Source: Cenarchaeum sp. (GTDB taxonomy: Archaea > Thermoproteota > Nitrososphaeria > Nitrososphaerales > Nitrosopumilaceae). From it: a DNA stretch of 64,000 nucleotides. The stretch covers positions 608,001-672,000 of the forward strand of contig OY843584.1 of assembly GCA_963692915.1 (NCBI GenBank), read 5' to 3'. The translations under genes and the position numbers were made by a program. How positions within the stretch are numbered: the stretch's first letter is position 1; each line of letters opens with the position of its first letter. Under the pieces are notes generated by a model, which worked only from the letters and a program-made list of their open reading frames with translations, had not been told where the DNA came from and did no database searches. This document shows, one piece after another, positions 19,709 through 27,185 of this stretch.

Positions 19709-20590
19709 TTAACCCGGTTCCAGCCGTTTTAGCAGATGGCTCTTGCCGAGGAGGGCGGTAATGTCATCCAACGCCATTCGTTCAAAGTTTGCTTTGACCA
19801 CTACCTCTGCAATGTTCACTCGTGCCCCGCCCGGAACGCGCACCTCGCACTCCTGGATCAGGCGAACCGACTTGGGTGAGTCGATCTCCTCAATGTCATG
19901 CCCTGAGCGTGACTCAAACAGCGTGTACATTACGGGATATGGGCGGTATCGCAGCGCGCCCTGCCCCACCACTAGCGTGAGCAGCCTTTCGTCGTGGAAC
20001 GGGGATCTTGGATTCATGCTAAATCCGGTAAAGCGGTACTGTGAGCCTCGCTTTCGCCTAAACTTGCCGCTCTTTATTGCATTTTCAAGCTCGGCGAGCT
20101 CGATCTTTCTAAAAAATTCCGGTGCGGCCTCTGCCCACCTTGGTTGCATAGTGTTGAATGCGCGTACAATCTCAACCACTGATCGCGCCATGTCCATGGC
20201 TTTGGGGCCTGCGGCACGCAGGTGCACCTCCTGCGCCATGACCAGCTTTTCCGCCCTGTCACTATGCCCGACGCATTCCTCTGCCACATTACGCGTGACC
20301 TCTAGGAGGCTGCCATGGTGCTGCAAGGCCCGGTCCAACACGTTTCTGGCATGCATGACGCGCTTTACTGCCATGTGCATCCCTTCTCCATTCATAACAT
20401 CCACCTCCCTTGCTATGACCTCCTGGCGCGGCTCGAGCCGCTGCTCGGCTGCAATCACCTCGCAAAGCTGCCTCCTGCCGTCCATGGTCCTTATCCTGCC
20501 GGGGTCAGGTCCATACTGGCCGACACTGGCGACATTAAACACCATGGTGTGCCTTGGGGTTCCACTGCCTTTAGAGCCCGTCCGTGTCAT
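19709..20590 (-). CDS. putative ADP-ribosyltransferase-fold protein, cassette 1
   Basis: FFRKIE ... FTGFSMN ... QECEVRVP in R-S-E order; paralog of 21544..22425; ORF reliable, function inferred. Confidence 0.65.
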   Translation of the reverse strand: MTRTGSKGSGTPRHTMVFNVASVGQYGPDPGRIRTMDGRRQLCEVIAAEQRLEPRQEVIAREVDVMNGEGMHMAVKRVMHARNVLDRALQHHGSLLEVTRNVAEECVGHSDRAEKLVMAQEVHLRAAGPKAMDMARSVVEIVRAFNTMQPRWAEAAPEFFRKIELAELENAIKSGKFRRKRGSQYRFTGFSMNPRSPFHDERLLTLVVGQGALRYRPYPVMYTLFESRSGHDIEEIDSPKSVRLIQECEVRVPGGARVNIAEVVVKANFERMALDDITALLGKSHLLKRLEPG

Positions 20591-20830
20591 GTCACCGCTG
20601 CGACGGGCAGTCCAAATTTAACCGTGCCCACTCTCGACAGCAGGGCATGCGCTCCGGGCGTGCACAAGGCGGCCCCGTGGCCACCTGAATAGCAAATAGG
20701 CCAAGTGGGGACAGCCCCTGCTTGTTTAGAAAAGTAGGGCGGGGCGCGACGACTCCGCAAACCCAGAGGCTGCCCCACTGACCGGCCGCTCCGTCAGACA
20801 CGTGACTGACTATGCGCCACGCAGAATCGC

Positions 20831-21511
20831 CTAGGCGTGAGCTGCGGGGGCAGGAGAGGCGCCTGCCGGTGCGAGCTCGGGGTTTAGCTCTTCTTCGACC
20901 TGCCGGTCCACTGCCCTCTCGAGGCACTCCACGACCTCCTCTATCGTCGCGCTGCCGTCTGCGTACCTCTTTATGCACGCGCTAACCTCGGGCGTCTTTC
21001 TGTTCACCCTCTTTGATCGCCTGCTGAGCTTCATGAACGCGTCCAGCGTAAAGACCCCTGGCTCTGCCAGCGGCGTGAACACCGAATCGTTGTCTATGGC
21101 CTTTTCAATGCCCAGAACCTTGCAATCCCTCAATACCAGATACCCTTGGGCCTCTGTCGGCTTGTCGGGATAATCCGTGAGGAACACGGTGTCGTCATAG
21201 TCATAGTCTGACACCATCCCCGACAGTTGCGCCGGGACCATCGCCTCCTCATAGCAGATGCCCCAACGCTCTATCATGCGCCTGTCCAGCTCGAGCCGCT
21301 TGAGCCTGCCTCCGGCCTCCTCGAGTATCTCGACCATGTGATCCGTGAGCTCGCAGTGGCGCTCGGCCATCTTTGACAGTTCCTCTGGGGTCCATGGAGG
21401 TATTCTTCCCATGAGTCTCTCAGCCGTGCGCTTCGCATCGCGCTTGCGTTCCTCCTCGCCAAGCGCAGCCTCATGATCGGGCTCCTCAAGCTTGGTGCTC
21501 GCTGCGTTCAT
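20831..21511 (-). CDS. acidic hypothetical protein, cassette 2 partner
   Basis: Paralog of 19029..19676 with a different N-terminus. Confidence 0.8.
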   Translation of the reverse strand: MNAASTKLEEPDHEAALGEEERKRDAKRTAERLMGRIPPWTPEELSKMAERHCELTDHMVEILEEAGGRLKRLELDRRMIERWGICYEEAMVPAQLSGMVSDYDYDDTVFLTDYPDKPTEAQGYLVLRDCKVLGIEKAIDNDSVFTPLAEPGVFTLDAFMKLSRRSKRVNRKTPEVSACIKRYADGSATIEEVVECLERAVDRQVEEELNPELAPAGASPAPAAHA

Positions 21512-21543
21512 GGGACGGCGTGCCTCGTCACAATATATAATTC

Positions 21544-22425
21544 TTAAGCCGGTTGCAGCCGTTTTAGCAAATGGATCTTGCCGCTGAGGGCGATAATGTC
21601 ATCCAACGTCATTCGTTCAAAGTCTGCTTTGACCGCTACCTCTGCAAGGTTCATCCGCGCCCCGTCCGGAACGCGCACCTCGCACTCCTGGACCAGGCGA
21701 ACGGACTTGGGTGAGTCGATCTCCTCAATGTCATTTCCCGAGCGTGACTCAAACAGCGTGTACATTACGGGATATGGGCCGTGGTGCAGCGCGTCCTGCC
21801 CCACCACTAGCGTGATCAGCCTATGGGTGTGAAACGGGGATCTTTGATTCATGCTAAACCCCGTAAATCGGTACTGTGAGTGGAGCCTTCGCATAAACTT
21901 GCCGCCCTTTATTATGTTTAAGATTTCGGCGAGCTCGATCTTTCTATAGAATACCGGTACGCTCTCTGCCCACACTAGCTGCATCGTGTTGAATGCGCGC
22001 ACAAGCTCGACCACTGTTCGCGCCATGTCCATGACTTTGGGGCCTGCGGCGCGCAGGTGCGCCTCCTGCGCCATGACCAGCTTTTCCGCCCTATCGCGAT
22101 GCCCAACGCAGTCCCCTGCCGCAATGCGCGCGACATCCAGGAGGCTTCCATAGGGCTCCAATGCCGTGTCCAGCTTGTCTTTGGCATCCCAGACGAGCTC
22201 TGCTGCCCTGTACATTCCGATGCTCCTCATAATGCCAATATTTTTTTCTATGACCACCTGGCACGGCTCAAGCCTCTGCTCGGCTGCAATCACCGCGCGA
22301 AGCTGCCGCCGGCCGCTCCTGGTCCTTATCCTGCCGGGGTCAGGCCCATACTGGCCGACACTGGCGACATTAAACACCATGGTGTGCCTTGGGGTTCCAC
22401 TGCCTTTAGAGCCCGTCCGTGTCAT
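21544..22425 (-). CDS. putative ADP-ribosyltransferase-fold protein, cassette 2
   Basis: FYRKIE ... FTGFSMN ... QECEVRVP. Confidence 0.65.
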   Translation of the reverse strand: MTRTGSKGSGTPRHTMVFNVASVGQYGPDPGRIRTRSGRRQLRAVIAAEQRLEPCQVVIEKNIGIMRSIGMYRAAELVWDAKDKLDTALEPYGSLLDVARIAAGDCVGHRDRAEKLVMAQEAHLRAAGPKVMDMARTVVELVRAFNTMQLVWAESVPVFYRKIELAEILNIIKGGKFMRRLHSQYRFTGFSMNQRSPFHTHRLITLVVGQDALHHGPYPVMYTLFESRSGNDIEEIDSPKSVRLVQECEVRVPDGARMNLAEVAVKADFERMTLDDIIALSGKIHLLKRLQPA

Positions 22426-22992
22426 GTCACCGCTGCGACGGGCAGTCCAAATTTAACCGTGTTTATTCGCGACAACAGGTCATGCGCTCTGGGAGCGCAC
22501 AAGACGGTCACGTGGCCACCCGAATGGCAAATGGGCCGGGTGGGGACAGCCTTGCTTGTTTAGAAAAGTAGGGCGGGGCGCGACGGCTCCGCAAACCCAG
22601 AGGCCGCCCCGTCAGGCACGTGATCAACTATCATGCGTCGGCGTTCAATGAACATGGCGGGGCACAAAGCCCTACTAATTGCCAATGGACTGGCATTATG
22701 GCCCTGCACCCTCGACAAGGCCCATGGCGCGACTCGTTGGGACACTCGTTGGAAAGGGAGCGCCAGATGTGGTTGCCGGGGCGCACATGACCGGAATGAG
22801 CGAGCACGACGGGGTGAACGTCGAGTCGATCGTCCCAAAAGAGCGGGAACGCGCCCCTCCCATCCATTGCCACACCGGCCCCGGAATCTAGCCCGAGCAA
22901 GGCAAGAAACCACACGCCGTCGGCAGGCGGACCGGAAAGCGCGGGCGGTGCCCATATACGTTTATTATCAAGCATTTGAGCCTTTTGGGCGG

Positions 22993-25185
22993 TTGAAGTA
23001 CAAGTCAACAGAGCAGGTCCTAAAGACGATCAGCGACAAGGAGCGCATACGCAACTTTGGCGTCATAGCGCACGTTGACCATGGCAAGACGACGATGAGC
23101 GACAGCCTCCTTGCGCACTCGGGGATAATAGCGCCCTCGGCGGCCGGCAAGGCCCTTGCGCTTGACTCGATGAAGCAGGAGCAGGACAGGGGAATCACCA
23201 TAGTGCAGGCAAACGTCACGCTCGCATACGCAAAGGACGGCGAGGAGTATGTCATAAACATGATAGACACGCCCGGCCACGTCGACTTTAGCGGGAGGGT
23301 CATACGCAGCCTGCGCGCAATAGACGGGGCCGTCGTCGTCTGCGACGCAGTCGAGGGCATAATGACGCAGACCGAGACGGTGACGCGCATGGCCCTCGAG
23401 GAGCGTGTGCGCCCTGTCCTCTATATCAACAAGATCGACCGCCTCATAAAGGAGCTCCGCCTCACGCCCGAAAAGATGCAAGAGACGCTTGCCAACGTTG
23501 TGAAAAACTTTAACTCGCTAATCGACACGTATGCCGAGCCCGAGTACCGCGAAAAGTGGAAGGTGTCAATACAGGACGGGAGCGTCTCGTTTGGCTCCGC
23601 AAAGGACCGCTGGGGGTTCAACATTGACATAATGAAGGAAAAGGGCGCCTCCTTCAAGGACATCTATGCCGCATATGACACCGACGGCAGCGTCGAGGCC
23701 CTCGCCGAGCGCGTCCCGATAGCCGATGCGATCCTCGGCATGGTCGTAAAGCACCACCCTCCCCCGCATGTGGCACAGGCGTACCGCGTGCCAAAGATAT
23801 GGAAGGGCGACCTTGACTCCGAAATTGGCCGCGCAATCGTGAACTGTGACGAGTCCGGCCCCACTGTGATGATGATAGTCAACATGGCCCTGGATCCAGC
23901 GGCCGGTCCGGTGGCCATCGGGCGCCTCTTTTCCGGGACGATAAAGGACGGCGACACCGTGAACATCATTGACACAAAGCGCGAGGGCCGCGTCCAGTCC
24001 GTCAACTTTTTCATGGGAAACCAGCGCGAGCAGGTCGGCAGCCTCGGCGCGGGCAACATACCGGCCCTCCTGGGCCTCACCGAGGTCAGGGCAGGCCAGA
24101 CGCTCTCGAGCATAAAGGGCATAAACGTCTTTGAGGGAATAAAGTACGTTTCTGAGCCCGTCGTGCAGATCGCCATAGAGCCAAAGCACCCAAAGGACCT
24201 TCCGCGCCTAGTCGACGTGCTAAAGCGCCTGACTATCGAGGACCCAAACCTCGTGGTAAAGATAAACGAGGAGAGCGGCGAGACGATAATCGCCGGAATG
24301 GGCGTTTTGCACCTGGATATCGCGACGACGCTAATAGCCGAGAACAAGGTCGACATCATCACCTCGCCGCCGCTCATCAACTATAGGGAGACGGTGAGGG
24401 GCGCGTGCGACGCCATAATGTCAAAGTCGCCCAACAGGCACAACAAGATATTCATGAGAGTCGAGCCCCTCGAGGATGCCGTTGCCGACCGCATCCGTGA
24501 CGGGACGCTCTCGGAGATGAAGGACAAGAAAGAGGTCGCAAGGATGCTGCGCGAGCTCGGCTGGGAGCCAGACGTCGCAAAGAGCGTCATGCGCTTTGAC
24601 CCGCGCGGAAACGTCATGATAAACGCGACAAAGGGGGTTCAGTTCATCCAAGAGTCCACTGACTCGATACTCTCGGGCTTTGATGACGTGATGAAGGAGG
24701 GGCCTGTTGCGCGCGAACAGGTCCGCAACTGCAAGTTTGTCTTTACGCACTTTGTGCCCCACGAGGACCCCGCGCACCGCGGCCTCGCGCAGCTTGGGCC
24801 GGCATCACGGCGCGCGTGCATGGGTGCTGCACTGATGGCCAACCCGACGCTCCTCGAGCCGGTTCTTGCGATCGAGGTTCGCGTTCCGCAGGACATGATA
24901 GGCAACGTCGCCACGGTCATATCGGGCAGGCGCGGAAAGGTCCTTGACACGCAGCAAAAGGGCGTGATTAGCATAGTGACCGGCGAGCTTCCGGCATCCG
25001 AGACGTTTGACCTATCAGAGGCCATGAGGGGCCAGACTGCCGGCAGGGCGATGTGGAACACGCACTTCAAGGCGTGGTCAGAGGCCCCAAAGTCGATCCA
25101 GTCCCAGGTCGTCGCAGACATTCGCAAGCGAAAGGGCCTTGCCCCCGACCCGCCAAAGCCCGGCGAGTTTGTCGACAGAGAGTGA
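22993..25185 (+). CDS. fusA: translation elongation factor EF-2
   Basis: AHVDHGKTT, RGITI, DTPGHVDF, NKID, diphthamide loop HEDPAHRG; TTG start 22993. Confidence 0.97.
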   Translation: MKYKSTEQVLKTISDKERIRNFGVIAHVDHGKTTMSDSLLAHSGIIAPSAAGKALALDSMKQEQDRGITIVQANVTLAYAKDGEEYVINMIDTPGHVDFSGRVIRSLRAIDGAVVVCDAVEGIMTQTETVTRMALEERVRPVLYINKIDRLIKELRLTPEKMQETLANVVKNFNSLIDTYAEPEYREKWKVSIQDGSVSFGSAKDRWGFNIDIMKEKGASFKDIYAAYDTDGSVEALAERVPIADAILGMVVKHHPPPHVAQAYRVPKIWKGDLDSEIGRAIVNCDESGPTVMMIVNMALDPAAGPVAIGRLFSGTIKDGDTVNIIDTKREGRVQSVNFFMGNQREQVGSLGAGNIPALLGLTEVRAGQTLSSIKGINVFEGIKYVSEPVVQIAIEPKHPKDLPRLVDVLKRLTIEDPNLVVKINEESGETIIAGMGVLHLDIATTLIAENKVDIITSPPLINYRETVRGACDAIMSKSPNRHNKIFMRVEPLEDAVADRIRDGTLSEMKDKKEVARMLRELGWEPDVAKSVMRFDPRGNVMINATKGVQFIQESTDSILSGFDDVMKEGPVAREQVRNCKFVFTHFVPHEDPAHRGLAQLGPASRRACMGAALMANPTLLEPVLAIEVRVPQDMIGNVATVISGRRGKVLDTQQKGVISIVTGELPASETFDLSEAMRGQTAGRAMWNTHFKAWSEAPKSIQSQVVADIRKRKGLAPDPPKPGEFVDRE

Positions 25186-25190
25186 GGCCC

Positions 25191-26906
25191 CTAGCCCAGC
25201 ACGCCGCCAAGTACATCCATGTACGAGGAGGGCACATACCTGCGCATCCTCTGGACCAGGTCGCGCGCGCCGGCATCAAGAATGTACGTGACGGCATGGT
25301 CATCGGCGCTGCGAACCGAGCGGCCCATGCCCTGCAGCAGCTTTGTGAGCGCGGTGTACCTGTACCAGATGTCGTCCTTTTTCATCTTTGCCATGGTCCG
25401 CCTGTCGCCAAGCGACAGGTATGGCGTCTTTATGATGATCTGAAACCTCGAGAGATCGTCCTTTAGGTCGACGCCATACCAGAGCGACGGCGAGACCAGG
25501 ACGCTGGGATCGCCGTCCTGCCCGTGCTCGGCCAGCGTCTGCTCGCGCTCCTGTCCGGAGTCGTTGTGGAGTATGCGGAGGCGCGCGGCCTCGGCAGCCC
25601 CCAGCTCGGAGCGGACGTGCGCGGCAATGGCGTCGCAATGGTCCTTGCGCGAGGTCAGTATGAGCCCCTTTTCTCCGGCGTGGTTTCTGAGTATGCTCGC
25701 AACGGTCGCATAGACTGCGCCATAGTCATCCTCAGTAGATCTCGCGTTTAGCCTGCGCACGTCCATAAAGCGAACCGTGCGGCTCTGCGCCGGAAACGGC
25801 GAGCGCTCGATCTCTATGAACGCGCAGTCCTCCTCCTCAAGGCCCATCGTCTTGCAGAATATCTCCCTGTGGACAGTCGCGCTCATGTAGAGCTGGCGGT
25901 CCATGTCAAAGAATCTGCGCGCGTGGGCGCCCACCTCTAGGGGCTTTATCGAGATTCCGCCGCTCTCAGTTGGCTGCACTATCATGTTCTCTGGCGCGCC
26001 GTCAAGCTCGTGGCGTATGGCATCAAGGTCATCTCGCCTTCGCCGGTACCTTGCGACCATGGAATCCTGCCGGTCGCCGACCGCATCGCCCTTTCCGGAC
26101 TCTTCCATCTCGGCGACTGCCTCGTGGTACACGTCAGCGACGTGCTCGACCATCTTTGTCACGCCATCAACATCATCAGTGTCATAGTCTGACATGCGCA
26201 GGTTCACATCAGAGAGGTGCGAGCGGTATATGTCCATGCCGATCATGTCTATGAGCTGGTCCTCTATCTCATGGGCCTCATCGGCAATGATGGACCGGCG
26301 CTTTAGCATGTCTGCGGCCCCGGATGGCGGGTACTTGCGAGTCAAAAAATACGCCGCATAGTTGAACACCGTGTGCGACGCGTTGAGCGCAATGTATTTT
26401 TGGTCATAATAGTGGCACTTTTGGCCCTCGGTGAGCGCCTTTATCGACTCGGCCTCTGTCCCGCGGCCGTCGACTGCATACTGTGTGGGCATTGGCTTGT
26501 GCTCACAGTAGACTGTCCGCTTGCGCCCTCCGGCGGCGACCTCCCTCCACGAGCAGTTTGCGCGCGAGCACGACAGCGCGTCATCGCCGCGGGCCGCATC
26601 AGTGCCTGTGCCTGCCTGCTCGCAGAGGACGAGGCACGGAAAGTTGGACTTGCCCTTTAGCGGCCGCAGCCACGCAAAGTCCCCCGTGTACTGGTCCTGC
26701 AGGACCTTTTGCGCCGTGAGCGTGTGCGATGAGCCCGTCGCGCGCGCAAACGCCATGGCTATGTGGCTCTTGCCTATTCCGGTCGGCGCGCAGAGTATGA
26801 TGTGCCTAAACCCCGAGGAGAGCGCGTCGTCTATGCGGCCCATAATCTCAGACTGCACGGCACGCGGCTCATAGGCAGAGGGAAAGCTGTCGACTAGGGA
26901 AGCCAC
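25191..26906 (-). CDS. XPD/Rad3/DinG-family ATP-dependent DNA helicase
   Basis: APTGIGKS, KGKSNFPC with Fe-S-type cysteines, DEAHEIE, MSAT, GVD, QGMGRSVRSADD. Confidence 0.9.
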   Translation of the reverse strand: MASLVDSFPSAYEPRAVQSEIMGRIDDALSSGFRHIILCAPTGIGKSHIAMAFARATGSSHTLTAQKVLQDQYTGDFAWLRPLKGKSNFPCLVLCEQAGTGTDAARGDDALSCSRANCSWREVAAGGRKRTVYCEHKPMPTQYAVDGRGTEAESIKALTEGQKCHYYDQKYIALNASHTVFNYAAYFLTRKYPPSGAADMLKRRSIIADEAHEIEDQLIDMIGMDIYRSHLSDVNLRMSDYDTDDVDGVTKMVEHVADVYHEAVAEMEESGKGDAVGDRQDSMVARYRRRRDDLDAIRHELDGAPENMIVQPTESGGISIKPLEVGAHARRFFDMDRQLYMSATVHREIFCKTMGLEEEDCAFIEIERSPFPAQSRTVRFMDVRRLNARSTEDDYGAVYATVASILRNHAGEKGLILTSRKDHCDAIAAHVRSELGAAEAARLRILHNDSGQEREQTLAEHGQDGDPSVLVSPSLWYGVDLKDDLSRFQIIIKTPYLSLGDRRTMAKMKKDDIWYRYTALTKLLQGMGRSVRSADDHAVTYILDAGARDLVQRMRRYVPSSYMDVLGGVLG

Positions 26907-27185
26907 ATGAGAGGACACGATGGCGTGCGCGTGTGCGGCTCCTTTTAATCCATTGGGGTTATGCCAGGGGGTGCCCTGCACAAAAGGTGGGAGCGGGCAA
27001 GATGGCCTGCCGGGCGCAGATCAGTGGGGCTCACCAAAGGCCGGCAGGTCCGGCAGGCTGCCAAAACACACGCTTTGTGGCCTCCGGCACCCTGCGGGAA
27101 AGCCCCTTTTGCCCCATGGCGCACACTTGTGGACGGGGCATCCTTGTTCACAATACTTAACATCAACCCGGCCCAACTCTAGACC

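Larger units (their letters stand above)
18991..22628. repeat. tandem duplication of a ~1.8-kb two-gene cassette bounded by three imperfect 18-bp palindromes
   Basis: Units 18991..20792 and 20793..22610 are homologous; boundary motifs GTCATACACGTGACCGAG (18991), GTCAGACACGTGACTGAC (20793), GTCAGGCACGTGATCAAC (22611). Confidence 0.9.

Noticed and set aside
19743-20621. 292-aa + strand ORF
   Set aside because: Antisense to the putative ART gene and broken in the second copy, whereas the minus-strand ORF is intact in both
22640-22960. Gene or pseudogene between the cassettes and EF-2
   Set aside because: Short ORFs in several frames, none with a recognisable motif
22633-22992. 120-aa N-terminal extension of EF-2
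   Set aside because: GC-rich open frame upstream of the AT-rich promoter; EF-2-like sequence starts at KYKST
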